DNA of 64,000 bases from Anaerolineae bacterium (GCA_040766655.1 JAXGQB010000006.1:149562-213561), one strand, 5' to 3'. Positions 45,665-55,328 are shown, counted from the first letter of the stretch. Program-made: numbers and translations. Notes: generated by a model not told the origin, from the sequence alone.

Positions 45665-46297
45665 ATGAAGTCCCGGCGACAGCAGCGCAACCACGAGACG
45701 ATGGTCGAGGAGATCCTGGCGACCGCGCGCGCGATCATGCGGGAGGAAGGGGCGGCGGCGCTGACGCTGCACGAACTGGCGCGGCGGATGGAGATGCGCC
45801 CCCCGTCCCTCTATAACTACTTCGCAGGCAAGGCCGACCTCTACGACGCGCTTTTCCGCCTCGGCTTCGGCCTGTACGACGACTACATGCAGGAGCGGTT
45901 AGCCGGCGCGGCGAGCTGGCAGGACGAGATCCGGCGCTACCTGTCGGGCTACATGGCGTTCGCGCTGGAGAACCCCGAACTGTATCAGTTGTGCTTCGAG
46001 CGCCCCGTGCCCGGTTTCATGCCCACGACGGAGAGCCTCGAGCTGAGCCAGCAGATCCTGCAGCGCGGTTACGACCGCGTGGGGCGGTGGCGCGAACAGA
46101 TAAGCTCGACGCTGTCGAACCAGCAGATCGCCGACCTCGTGATCGCCATGATGCACGGCCTGACCGCGCTGCACATGGCGAACCAACCGGGGCTGCCCGT
46201 GGGCGAAGGTCGGTTCGGCGGCCTGATCGGGGCCGCCGTCGCGCTGTTCGACGCGGCCTGGTCCACACCCATGACTTCACAAGGAGCAAAGCCATGA
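45665..46297 (+). CDS. TetR/AcrR-family transcriptional regulator
   Basis: N-terminal HTH TLHELARRMEMRPPSLYNYFAGKADLYDALF. GGAGGA precedes the ATG. Confidence 0.9.
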   Translation: MKSRRQQRNHETMVEEILATARAIMREEGAAALTLHELARRMEMRPPSLYNYFAGKADLYDALFRLGFGLYDDYMQERLAGAASWQDEIRRYLSGYMAFALENPELYQLCFERPVPGFMPTTESLELSQQILQRGYDRVGRWREQISSTLSNQQIADLVIAMMHGLTALHMANQPGLPVGEGRFGGLIGAAVALFDAAWSTPMTSQGAKP

Positions 46298-47112
46298 CCG
46301 TTGCAGCGACACTCGACGATGCCGCCCTGATCCCGTACGTCACCTCAGACGAGGCAGAGCGGCTGGGGCGGGAGGAACTTCGCCGCCTGCTGGAGCTGGT
46401 AGAATCTTTGGACGAGCAGGATTGGCACCGGCCAACGGCGTGCACGCTATGGAGCGTTCGCGATATGCTGGCACACCAGGCCGTCGCGTATGCCAGTGGC
46501 ACGGGCTATCGCGAGCTGGTGCACCAATACATGGCGGCCATACCCATGCTGGGTGGGATGAGCGAAGACGCGGTGAATCGGCGCCAGCTGGCCGACCGGG
46601 CAGACAGGTCGCCCGAAGAACTGATTGCCGAGCTCAGGGAGACGGGCGACGGGGCGGTCAGGAACTGGGCCCACCGGTTCCGGTTCTTCAAGCTGTTCGG
46701 CATCCCTCACCCGGGACCGGGATGGCTGAGCATGCGCCACCTGATGCTGGTGATCCACAGCCGGGACACGTGGATCCACCGCCTGGACATCTGCCGTGCG
46801 ACAGGCCGGCCGTTCCGGCAGACGGCCGCTCACGACGGGCGCATCGTGGCCCTGGTCGTCCGCGACCTGGCCGGCTCCCTCGCGCGCACCCTGGGCGGGC
46901 AGGCCATGGCCCTGGAGCTGACGGGGCCGGCCGGCGGGGCGTGGCGAGTCGGCCGGGGGGTTCCTGCTGCCACCGTTCGCATGGACGCGGTGGACTTCAA
47001 CATCTATGCCTCGGGACGGTTCACCCACGACGAGGCGGTCGGGCGAGCGACGTTCACGGGCGACGCCGAACTTACGCAGCGGGCCTTCCGTCACTTCGCG
47101 GTCTTGTATTAG
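46294..47112 (+). CDS. Maleylpyruvate-isomerase-type (mycothiol-dependent family, DinB_2-like) protein
   Basis: An ATGA overlap links it to the TetR stop. WHRPTACTLWSVRDMLAHQA matches the TIGR03083-type N-terminal motif. Confidence 0.7.
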   Translation: MTVAATLDDAALIPYVTSDEAERLGREELRRLLELVESLDEQDWHRPTACTLWSVRDMLAHQAVAYASGTGYRELVHQYMAAIPMLGGMSEDAVNRRQLADRADRSPEELIAELRETGDGAVRNWAHRFRFFKLFGIPHPGPGWLSMRHLMLVIHSRDTWIHRLDICRATGRPFRQTAAHDGRIVALVVRDLAGSLARTLGGQAMALELTGPAGGAWRVGRGVPAATVRMDAVDFNIYASGRFTHDEAVGRATFTGDAELTQRAFRHFAVLY

Positions 47113-47187
47113 ATATGATCGAAAGAACTGGGGTGCGCGTCGCGAGCCACCCATCGCGTCGCCGCACCCCGCCTGCCCGCCGCGCGG

Positions 47188-48642
47188 TCACTGCGGCATA
47201 TAGACGGCGAACTCCCCCACGAATGCGATGAGGCTGGCGCGGCCGGCCTCGTCCAGCGCGACCCGCGTCCCCAAGCCGTACAAGGACAGCGCGAAGCCGT
47301 CCGGCGTCACCAGCTGCTCCCGCCCCGTCCCGATCGACGCGTACCTGTCCACGAGGTCGCGGAGCCGCGCGGCCTGGTCGTCCGTGAGGGACCCGCTCGA
47401 GCCGCTGTTATCCCGCAGGTTGGTGCTGACGAAGCGCCACGAGCCGTCTGGATAGCGATAGACGTAGAACTGCCACTCCCCCTTGCGGCCGGAGAGGTAG
47501 AGCAGCTGCCGGTCGCGCAGGCCGTCCGGCGCGTCGAGGCTCACGTGGCGCAGGTCGGCCGACAGGCGGTAGGCCACGCTGAAGGGCTCCCGGCCGCGGT
47601 ACCCGACCAGCACCCGCCAGCCCGTCCGCGACTCACCGCACCCGTCGCGCGGAAATGCCTCGCAGTCGTCGAAGGTCGTCTCCTCGAACTGCGCGGGCGT
47701 GTACGGGTAGAGCCACTGCACGAGCCCCAGCCGCGCAGACAGGTCTCCCGATGTCAGCTGCTCCTGGGGACTGGGTGGATGGTTGGTCCAGGTGGTGCGG
47801 GTCGGCGCGGGCGTCGGGGTGATGTCCAGGTGCTCCGCGGAGCGGTAAACGAAGCGGAACGCGTCCACGGCCACGTTGCCGGTGACCGAGGTGCCCACGC
47901 TCAGCGATCCGCCCGGCTCCATGTAGTAGATGCCGAGGGATACCCAGCGGCCCACGTCCTCCTTCAGGTTGACGGCCGTCTGCGGCGGCGCGTAGAATCC
48001 CCGGCTGAACGGGTACACCATCACGGTGGTCAGGTAGGCCTGATCGTGGTTCGGGTCGCCGCAGCCCCAGGCGTAGATCTCGTAGGAGCCGGCCAGCGGC
48101 AGCTCGGGCGTGATGTAGGCGATGTTATGGCCGGGCGGCGCCCAGTGACACCCGCCCCCGTACGACGCGCCCCCGTCGCCCGTGAACCATGCGCCGCTGT
48201 AGCCGAAGCCATCGCCGCCGTCGTCGACGATGATGTCGATCACGGGGAGGGGTGCTGGCGATGGCGACGCGGGCGTAACGGTGGGTGCAGAGCGAACCCC
48301 GGGCGCTGGAGCGGTGGCCTGCGGCGTCGCAGACGGCGATGGCGGCAGCCCGGTGGGCAGGGCCGCGGTGTTCGACGGCAGGGGCGCAACGGTGGGAGCC
48401 TCCGACGGGAGCGCGGTTGGCGAAGCCAGGGCAGTGGGCTGTGGCGTCGCGGTGGCGGCCGGGGGCGCGGGTGTGGGGGTCGAGGAAGGCGTGACGGCCT
48501 CCAGCGACCGCGCGATGGCCGCGGTGGCAGAGGGCCGAGCCGGCGTGCCGGGCAATGCGGCGCATCCGCCCAACGCAATGCCGGTCGCCAGGGCCAGGGC
48601 GGCAAAGCGGGCCTTCCGTTGCAGTGCGGTGCGATAGATCAT
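47188..48642 (-). CDS. Lipoprotein of unknown function with Pro/Thr/Ala-rich linker
   Basis: Start MIYRT... carries the lipobox LGGC (ATGIALGGCAALPG). The long PT-rich linker is followed by two globular regions with no recognised motif. Confidence 0.65.
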   Translation of the reverse strand: MIYRTALQRKARFAALALATGIALGGCAALPGTPARPSATAAIARSLEAVTPSSTPTPAPPAATATPQPTALASPTALPSEAPTVAPLPSNTAALPTGLPPSPSATPQATAPAPGVRSAPTVTPASPSPAPLPVIDIIVDDGGDGFGYSGAWFTGDGGASYGGGCHWAPPGHNIAYITPELPLAGSYEIYAWGCGDPNHDQAYLTTVMVYPFSRGFYAPPQTAVNLKEDVGRWVSLGIYYMEPGGSLSVGTSVTGNVAVDAFRFVYRSAEHLDITPTPAPTRTTWTNHPPSPQEQLTSGDLSARLGLVQWLYPYTPAQFEETTFDDCEAFPRDGCGESRTGWRVLVGYRGREPFSVAYRLSADLRHVSLDAPDGLRDRQLLYLSGRKGEWQFYVYRYPDGSWRFVSTNLRDNSGSSGSLTDDQAARLRDLVDRYASIGTGREQLVTPDGFALSLYGLGTRVALDEAGRASLIAFVGEFAVYMPQ

Positions 48643-48729
48643 GGCGAACCCCCCACCCGGATGGTCGCTTCTGAGAGTATCCACGACCGTCCCCTTCGCC
48701 GCCCACGGATACGCCGTCACCCCCTGTGC

Positions 48730-49596
48730 CTACTCCGCGCTCTTGTCGAGCAAATAGCGGAAGAACTCGCTGTCGGAGGGGATAACCAACCTGTCGCCCG
48801 TTTTCAGGATGGTGCCGTATGCCTCGAGCCGCCGGGAAAACGCGTAGAACTCCGGATCCTGCGCTAACGCTTCCGCATAGATGCGAATTGCCTCGGCTTC
48901 ACCCTCGCCCCGCAGCTGCTGCGCCAGCTGCTCGCCCTCGGCCACAGTCACTGTTCTGCTGCGGTCGGCCTGGGCCCGGATGATGTTGCCCTGCTCTTCA
49001 CCCTCAGCGCGGACCAGCGCCGACTCGCGCTGTCGCTCTGCACGCATCCGGTCGAACACGCTCTGCTCCACCTCTTTTGGGAGATCGGCTCGCTTGGTGC
49101 GCACGTCGACGACCGATATGCCGAACTCGACGGCCTTATCTCTGGTCGATTGCGCGACCCGTTCCTCGATCGCCTCCCGCTGATTGGCGATGACGTCCAC
49201 AAACTGCACAGAAGCAAGCTCGCGACGCAGCTCGGAGAAGACGATATCATCGAGCCTGGCCCGGGCGCCGGCCTCTGAGCGCACTGCCTGGAAGAAGATC
49301 AACGGATCGCTGATGCGCCAGCGCGTTACGTGGTCAACCACCAACCGCTTCTTATCGGCGGTCAGGTACTCCTGAGGGGGCGCATCACTGGAGAGTACTC
49401 GTTCTTCAAACAGAATCACGTTTTGGACGAAGGGCCGCTTGAAATGCAGCCCCGGCTGCTGGACGATCGCCACGGGTTCCCCAAACTGCAGGACGATCGC
49501 CTGCTGCGTCTCATCGACGATGTAGACGCTGGACGTCAACAGGATCGCGCCCACAAACAGGAGCGCAATGAGGAGCGTAGGAAGTCTGCGACGCAT
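48730..49596 (-). CDS. hflC: FtsH protease modulator HflC
   Basis: Start MRRRLPTLL overlaps the hflK stop. SPFH core is VYIVDETQQAIVLQFGEP...GLHFKRPF...; the coiled-coil tail is RAERQRESALVRAEGEE. Confidence 0.9.
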   Translation of the reverse strand: MRRRLPTLLIALLFVGAILLTSSVYIVDETQQAIVLQFGEPVAIVQQPGLHFKRPFVQNVILFEERVLSSDAPPQEYLTADKKRLVVDHVTRWRISDPLIFFQAVRSEAGARARLDDIVFSELRRELASVQFVDVIANQREAIEERVAQSTRDKAVEFGISVVDVRTKRADLPKEVEQSVFDRMRAERQRESALVRAEGEEQGNIIRAQADRSRTVTVAEGEQLAQQLRGEGEAEAIRIYAEALAQDPEFYAFSRRLEAYGTILKTGDRLVIPSDSEFFRYLLDKSAE

Positions 49597-49597
49597 C

Positions 49598-50659
49598 TCA
49601 ATCACCCCCTTGCGGAGTTGCAGCAGGCGTTGGCGCCGCTGTCGGTTCGCTGACCGGTGCATCGACCGGCGCACTTGTGGTGAGATCGGTCAGCGGCAGG
49701 AACGGGAGCACCTGGCCCCCCACAGCTTCCTTGTCCAACAACGTCAACTGCACCTTACTCAGCACGCTTTCCAGCGCCTCGATCTGCAGCCGCTCGCGGC
49801 TCACCTCCGGCGCCAACTGGTAGGCCTGCAGGACAGAAAGGAACCGCTGGGCATCACCGGTCGCACGCAGCACAGCACGATCCTTAAACCCCGTAGCCTC
49901 TTCGATCAAGCGCTGCTTCTCGCCGCGAGCGCGCGGCACGACGTCATTTTGGTAGGCCTGGGCTTCGTTGATACGTCGCTCCTTGTCCGCCTTGGCGCGC
50001 ACCACCTCCTGAAAGGCATCGCGCACCTCTGTAGGCGGATCTGCTACCTGCAAGCGCACGTCGGTCACCAGGATGCCGGTGCCATAATCACCCAGCAAAC
50101 GGGACAGGAACACGCGCGTATCATCCTGCACCTTTGCCCGTTCCTCGGTAATCACGGAATCGATCGACATCTGTCCGACTGCGCTGCGCAGGGCCACCTC
50201 GGCGCTGGTTACCAGGATATCCTCAGGGTTCTGCGTATTGAAGACGAACTCACGGGAGTTGCCAACACGATACTGGATCAGTAGCTCCACCTGGACAATG
50301 TTTTCGTCCCTGGTCAGCATCAGCGCCTCATCGAGCCGCTCCTCCTTGCCGCCTTGCTGGTCGGTGCGAAACCCGATCTCCGCGCGGCGGATGCTCTGCA
50401 CATCCACGATCGTCACGCTCTGAAATGGCGACGGAGCACGATAGTTGAGGCCAGGCCCCGTGATATTGGAGAATCGGCCAAATGTACGTACGACCCCCTC
50501 CTCCCCGGGCTGGATGACGTACACGCCAGAGAGCAGCCACGCAACCAGGAGCACGATCGGGATGATGAGGTAGATGGAACGCTGGAACCGGGACAGTCTT
50601 CGGAGCACGTCTTCGAGAGGATTCTCATCACCGAAGGACGCGTTGGGCCTGTAAGCCAC
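49598..50659 (-). CDS. hflK: FtsH protease modulator HflK
   Basis: GTG start after AAAGGG. GVYVIQPGEEGVVRTFGRF...GLNYR.P.P and ...ERRINEAQAYQNDVVPRARGE are present. Confidence 0.9.
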   Translation of the reverse strand: MAYRPNASFGDENPLEDVLRRLSRFQRSIYLIIPIVLLVAWLLSGVYVIQPGEEGVVRTFGRFSNITGPGLNYRAPSPFQSVTIVDVQSIRRAEIGFRTDQQGGKEERLDEALMLTRDENIVQVELLIQYRVGNSREFVFNTQNPEDILVTSAEVALRSAVGQMSIDSVITEERAKVQDDTRVFLSRLLGDYGTGILVTDVRLQVADPPTEVRDAFQEVVRAKADKERRINEAQAYQNDVVPRARGEKQRLIEEATGFKDRAVLRATGDAQRFLSVLQAYQLAPEVSRERLQIEALESVLSKVQLTLLDKEAVGGQVLPFLPLTDLTTSAPVDAPVSEPTAAPTPAATPQGGD

Positions 50660-50937
50660 TATGGTTACCCTTTCTGTTCTGTACTGTGCGAGACATGGGC
50701 AAAATTATGTCAGGATTAGCTTACCATAAGAATGCGCTTGAGAGAAACCGGGACACCTACCCCGCAAGCGTGGTGCAAGCGGCGGGCCCGGTAATCTTAA
50801 GAATTCGCTGCTGCGCGCGACTCGACGCGCTGCGCCTACCCTTTCATGATACACTGAAGAGGCCTCGCGCACGGCGGGCTCTCACCCCGGTCGCCGCATC
50901 TTGCGGCCGGCTCGCAGCAGAAAGGAGACACCTTGAC

Positions 50938-52527
50938 GTGAGAAGGAGAACGCTGGTGATCCGCTTGTCGCTTGTGGCCGCAGTCATGCTGTTGGTGGTC
51001 ACACTCCCAGCAGCAGCAGGTCCCGTCCTCCCAGAGGGCGAGAAGAATGCAACGCTGGACAACACCGCTGCCCACATTGCAGAGAGCCTCAGAACGCTTG
51101 ACCTGGAGGTCCGGGAGGGCTACTTCCAGATGTGGGGCGCCGATGAGTGCCTGCCGACCTACGAGCTGATGGGCACCTGCTACTTCAACAATCCGGCAGC
51201 GCCCTATGTGTTCCCGGTCGTGCCTTACTGGCCGGACGAATTCGTCGACCCGGCAACCAGGGGGGCCTTCGGGGAGACCAAGGAGGGCTACGGCACGACC
51301 TACCGTCTCGACCCGCACGAGGCGATCCTCATATTCGGCTACATGCCACCGCCGGCACACTACTTCGGCCTCTACACCTACACGTATACCCACAAGGGCA
51401 CGTACGACACGGACAACGAAACCTACACCTTCCTTTCGTCGCTCGACGCGCAGGACGTGTTCTTTCACGAGGTGCCACTCAACCCGAAGCGCATCGGCTT
51501 CATGAACAGCCTGAGCGACAGCATCAATAACGTGATGATCGAGCGACAGTTGCAGGTGGATGAAAGTTGGGGGCAGTTCGTCTACTTCATCATCACGCCG
51601 GATGGCCACATGGAGCGCGAGCTCCGCAAGGGCCTCGTCAAGCTTGGCGTCGATGAGAGCGCGGTCTTTACCCAGCGCATTCCCCGAAACGTTCGCACCG
51701 GCCTGAACAAGAATGCCGACGACTTCATGTCGCCATTCCGCTATTCGATGCCCCTCGATGGGGGCGGCGTCGGCACTGATTCGTATGAATGGCGGCACAG
51801 CCCGACGCTCCGGCTGTTGCGCGTGCGCGACACGTCTCCGGGCTACCGCAAGGAGACGTTCCCGGCCTGGGGACCCGACAGCCCTGAGCCGAGGACGGCG
51901 GTTTCCGAGGAGTACCTGCGCGACGATCTGACGAAGCTGGTGCATGCGGTCGCAACGGCTTGGGAGCAGCCCTGTGAAGATGCCGACTGCACCGGCCGGT
52001 ACAGTCCCTTCGGTGACCTCCAGAGCCCGCCGATCAACCTACTCGGGCCCCTGTGCGCCCAAATCGGTATGGACTGTGCCGGGGATGCGCAGGACGCCAG
52101 CTACGGCTTCTTCCCCGGCCCCACGTTCGACGATGGCGAGGTGTGGGCGGTGATCGGGACGTTGGGCACGGAGACCGGTAACGCCACCTATGTCGGCCTG
52201 GGCCTCAACAATTTCCGCCTGAGGCTGGGGGCAAAGAACGTCGAGTACACGAGGCTCGAGGGGAGCGCCGCGTTCTACGACGACGGCATCGGCAACCTCG
52301 ACAAGCTCTTTGTCTACTACTTCGCGCGCAGTTGCGAGGACATCCAACTGTTGACGCACGGTTACTGCACGGCCGTGGAAGACAGCCCGCTGGTGCTTCC
52401 GCCGGGAGACAGGGCCGCGTTCACCGAGCGCGACTACATCGTGCCGGGCACCCAGCGCGGGCCAGACTCCACCAAGCTGTTGCCTTCACGCGCGCTGAAG
52501 CTGGCGCGGCCTGACGCGACGCCGTGA
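50938..52527 (+). CDS. Secreted hypothetical protein (~529 aa)
   Basis: GTG at 50938 lies 9 nt after AAAGGAGA. The signal peptide is LVIRLSLVAAVMLLVVTLPAAAG. No family recognised. Confidence 0.6.
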   Translation: MRRRTLVIRLSLVAAVMLLVVTLPAAAGPVLPEGEKNATLDNTAAHIAESLRTLDLEVREGYFQMWGADECLPTYELMGTCYFNNPAAPYVFPVVPYWPDEFVDPATRGAFGETKEGYGTTYRLDPHEAILIFGYMPPPAHYFGLYTYTYTHKGTYDTDNETYTFLSSLDAQDVFFHEVPLNPKRIGFMNSLSDSINNVMIERQLQVDESWGQFVYFIITPDGHMERELRKGLVKLGVDESAVFTQRIPRNVRTGLNKNADDFMSPFRYSMPLDGGGVGTDSYEWRHSPTLRLLRVRDTSPGYRKETFPAWGPDSPEPRTAVSEEYLRDDLTKLVHAVATAWEQPCEDADCTGRYSPFGDLQSPPINLLGPLCAQIGMDCAGDAQDASYGFFPGPTFDDGEVWAVIGTLGTETGNATYVGLGLNNFRLRLGAKNVEYTRLEGSAAFYDDGIGNLDKLFVYYFARSCEDIQLLTHGYCTAVEDSPLVLPPGDRAAFTERDYIVPGTQRGPDSTKLLPSRALKLARPDATP

Positions 52528-52530
52528 GTC

Positions 52531-52575
52531 CGTGGGTATCGCCGTGCGCGCAAGGCGCGCACGGCGATACCCACG
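52531..52575. terminator. Perfect 20-bp GC-rich hairpin 4 nt after the stop codon (no U-tract)
   Basis: Stem cgtgggtatcgccgtgcgcg(52531-50)/cgcgcacggcgatacccacg(52556-75), loop caagg. Confidence 0.55.
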
Positions 52576-52664
52576 GTAACCGGACAAGAAAAACACCTCG
52601 CAGTCGATAAGAGACCACGAGGTGTCATTGGGTGATTGTGGCGAACCACAACAAAGGTATCAGG

Positions 52665-52736
52665 TGGCGACGCTGAGACTCGAACTCAGGACCCAGCGAT
52701 TATGAGCCGCTTGCTCTGCCTCTGAGCTACGTCGCC
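52665..52736 (-). tRNA. tRNA with CAU anticodon (elongator Met or Ile2; not initiator-like)
   Basis: Folded by hand. Acceptor GGCGACG/CGUCGCC; D-arm GCUC-AGAGGCA-GAGC; anticodon arm AGCGG-CUCAUAA-UCGCU; variable loop GGGUC; T-arm CUGAG-UUCGAGU-CUCAG; discriminator A. G1-C72 is paired and the GGG/CCC anticodon-stem signature is absent, which argues against tRNA-fMet. Confidence 0.85.
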
Positions 52737-53233
52737 TTCTTCTACCACAACATCTAGGGGTCTATCCAATAACCAACACTACAGATTGTGGTCGGCTGTC
52801 CGATATCCAAGACGCCCGTTTGGACGAATCGCTGGGTCATCTCGGCTGACAAACCCCCTGGCCCGCAGTTGCGCGTGGGCCGGCGGTAGTCACGCGCCCC
52901 CTGGCCTCGACGCCTCAACCGGCGAGCCACCAAGCCAGCGGTGTTACCAGCACCGCTGACCTTTTCAATTTGATTATACCCAGAAATCAACGCTCCCGCA
53001 AAACCCTTATCACTGATGCGTGAACCAGGACCCAGTAGGGCCCCATGTGGTAGCGTTCACCTGTGGCAGTGGTCCCGAACACATTCTCGTCGGAAGCATC
53101 ATCGATCATTCGCCCAGCAGCCTCAGCAGCACCGGTCCGAGCTTCAACCTTTCGGCGGACATCGAAGCACAGACGACCCATCACCGTAGCGGATTGCCTG
53201 ACCCAAACCCCTCAGCCCAGTCACCTGTAATCC

Positions 53234-53364
53234 GAGCAATTGCTCGCCAGCTTGGCAAGACGCAAGATCAGCCAACTAGACAAACTTGTCAAGTTGGCAA
53301 ACTATTGTCAAATGTCAGAACATACACATTTAGACTTGACAGCATCGTCCCCCTCTGATATGAT
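53234..53364 (+). promoter_or_regulatory. Operator array plus near-consensus sigma-70 promoter upstream of the RHH gene
   Basis: TTGACA (53336-41), 17 nt, then TATGAT (53359-64). Four TTG(G/T)CAA boxes lie upstream at 53252, 53286, 53294 and 53305. There is also a perfect 12-nt palindrome GAGCAATTGCTC (53234-45). Confidence 0.65.
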
Positions 53365-53424
53365 GTGCTCAATGGCTGCTGAATGAGGGGCTACGGCGCA
53401 GCCAAGAGGAAGTCTAAGGAGGTC

Positions 53425-53715
53425 ATGATGTCTCGAAACATACGGTTGGTCGTTCGACTGGCCAATGACGAGGAATATGCGCTGAGGCGCTTCGCACAGG
53501 AGTCCAAATTGCCACTTGCGACGTTGGTTCGGGCGCTTCTGCTCCGCGAGGCGGAGCGTCATAGTGCCGAACGGGCTGGTGCCGGTCTCGGTGGGCTCGC
53601 GGAGGATGCTGTTCGATCAGGGGACATTTCGGTGTCAGATCACCATCCAATCGCGACGACGAAGCGTTCTCAGCACCACTCTGGCAGTGGGATGGTCGAG
53701 CCTTGGTCTGCGTAA
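53425..53715 (+). CDS. Ribbon-helix-helix (CopG/Arc/MetJ-type) DNA-binding protein
   Basis: ATG lies after TAAGGAGG. IRLVVRLANDEEYALRRFAQESKLPLATLVRALLL is a beta-strand plus two helices, typical of RHH. Confidence 0.7.
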   Translation: MMSRNIRLVVRLANDEEYALRRFAQESKLPLATLVRALLLREAERHSAERAGAGLGGLAEDAVRSGDISVSDHHPIATTKRSQHHSGSGMVEPWSA

Positions 53716-53757
53716 GGCGGTCCGCCTTTGTGACCTTGGGCGTTCAGGGGTAGTGCC

Positions 53758-55173
53758 ATGGCCGGCAGCAAGGCCCTGTACGATCCAGACGCGGAAGAAC
53801 GCCTACTCGCGACTGCGCTTACCGATTTCGCGAATTTCGCGCGCGATGTGCAGCCGGAAGACTTCCACAACAAACTCCATGGGCAAATCTGGGCTGTAGG
53901 GCAAGAACTGATTGACCTGGGAGACTATCCTCAGGGAGTGAACGTGCCCACGGCCGCTAGTATCGGCGATGCACTAGAGCGCCGTGGTGTCGACGTTGGT
54001 TTGCTGATAGCACATCTGCAGGCGCTCGACGTCAACCCTGTCGATGCATCAGTCTTTGCTCGCCAAGTGAGGGACCTCGCGGCGCGGCGGCGGGCCGATA
54101 ATCGGCTTCAAGCAGCACTCCGAGCGACCCATTACTCGAACGGCACATGGCGTGATGAGATCGTGCGCGCCATAGACGGGCTGTCGCAGGACCTGACGCA
54201 GGCGAGTCCACAGGCAGACACCCCGGCCAGCCACATCTCGCTGTTGACGGCAGCGGAGGCCCTTCAACCCAGACCACCGCGCAAGTGGTTGGTCGAGAAG
54301 CTATTCCTGCCTGGCAGCGTCAACGTGATGTTCGCTCCCCCTGGCACGGGCAAAACGTATTGTTTTGCTGACCTGAGTGTTTGTGTAGCCCTCGGCTCAC
54401 CCTGGCTTGGATTGGCGACACAGCAGGGTGCGGTATTGATCATCGACGAGGAATCGGGGACGCGACGCATCCTTGACCGGTTTGCAGAAGCGCTGCGTGG
54501 TCATCTAGCCGACGCATCGACGCCAGTCTACATCGCGTCCCTCGTCGGATTCAACTTCCGTGAAAATGAGTCATTGGCGACCCTGGATGAACTCATCCGG
54601 AAAGTTGGCGCTCGCCTCGTCGTCATTGATGCATTGGCCGATGTAATGTTGGGCGGCGATGAGAACGCTGTCAAAGACACCCAACCCGTCTTTCACGGTT
54701 TGCGCACCGTCGCAGAGGCAACCGGCGCAGCGGTGCTCGTGGTACACCATAGCAACCGGGGGGGCGCTTATCGGGGGTCGTCGGCCATTCCTGGCGCTGT
54801 CGACGTGATGCTCGAACTCACCCGGCGTAACGATTCGCAACTGGTTGACATTGCCACCGTGAAGAATCGCGACGGCGAACCCATCACCTTGTCGGCCATG
54901 ATGCGCTGGAGCGATGGGATATTCGACCTGATACCTGCACCGACCGTCGGGCCACGCGAGACTTTCAGCAAAGCCGAGCGATATGTGCTGCGGTACCTGG
55001 AAGAACACGGTGCAGACACCGTCAAGAACATCATGGACCACGCGGACACATGTGCTTCCACCACGGCGCGACAAGCCATCTATCTGCTGGCCGAGAAGAA
55101 CAAGGTGTGGCGTTGTGATGGCGGCAGCGGCACACAATCAGCAACCTACTGTCTCGTTGGTGATGCCAAATGA
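53758..55173 (+). CDS. Replicative-helicase-like protein: DnaB N-terminal-like domain + RepA/AAA_25 RecA-fold ATPase + C-terminal wHTH
   Basis: The N-terminus DPDAEERLLATALTD......VQPEDFHNKLHGQIW is DnaB-N-like. Walker A is MFAPPGTGKTY, Walker B AVLIIDEE / LVVIDALAD. LVVHHSNRGG is typical of RepA-like ATPases. Confidence 0.8.
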   Translation: MAGSKALYDPDAEERLLATALTDFANFARDVQPEDFHNKLHGQIWAVGQELIDLGDYPQGVNVPTAASIGDALERRGVDVGLLIAHLQALDVNPVDASVFARQVRDLAARRRADNRLQAALRATHYSNGTWRDEIVRAIDGLSQDLTQASPQADTPASHISLLTAAEALQPRPPRKWLVEKLFLPGSVNVMFAPPGTGKTYCFADLSVCVALGSPWLGLATQQGAVLIIDEESGTRRILDRFAEALRGHLADASTPVYIASLVGFNFRENESLATLDELIRKVGARLVVIDALADVMLGGDENAVKDTQPVFHGLRTVAEATGAAVLVVHHSNRGGAYRGSSAIPGAVDVMLELTRRNDSQLVDIATVKNRDGEPITLSAMMRWSDGIFDLIPAPTVGPRETFSKAERYVLRYLEEHGADTVKNIMDHADTCASTTARQAIYLLAEKNKVWRCDGGSGTQSATYCLVGDAK

Positions 55174-55176
55174 GCA

Positions 55177-55266
55177 CTTGTAGTCTTGTAGCACTTGTCA
55201 TGAAACTTGTAGCGATTACAAGTCAGCTTGTAGTACTTGTAATCCCCCCCTTAAGGGGGATTACAA
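55177..55266. repeat. Iteron-like array of CTTGTA(G) heptamers plus a 12-bp-stem hairpin; candidate replication origin
   Basis: CTTGTA(G) occurs at 55177, 55185, 55194 (variant CTTGTC), 55206, 55227 and 55236. One inverted copy (TACAAG) lies at 55217. The hairpin is ttgtaatccccc/gggggattacaa (55238-55266). Confidence 0.7.
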
Positions 55267-55328
55267 CTTCAAGCACGACAACGATCACAAACTGGATGCG
55301 CCATAGGTTCTTTGTTGCGGAGGGTGTC

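Noticed and set aside
52665-52736. Possibility that the CAU tRNA is the initiator tRNA-fMet
   Set aside because: Position 1-72 is a Watson-Crick G-C pair, and the anticodon stem lacks three consecutive G-C pairs. Met versus Ile2 (lysidine) cannot be resolved by eye.
52754-53184. Two short minus-strand ORFs next to the tRNA that might be a decayed tyrosine integrase (e.g. RDYRRP..., LSAEMTQRFVQ vaguely like HDLRHT / ...TQRYxH)
   Set aside because: The resemblance is only a few scattered residues. The would-be catalytic Tyr position is Phe. There is a stop between the pieces, and the orientation relative to the tRNA is atypical. This is not enough to call even a pseudogene. A proper profile search (phage integrase family) over 52.7-53.3 kb in all frames would settle it.
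55170-55328. 5' third of track ORF 55170-55661 (MSTCSLVALVMKLVAITSQLVVLVIPPLRG...)
   Set aside because: The peptide is just the translation of the CTTGTAG iteron array and hairpin. A proper SD+ATG occurs at 55329.
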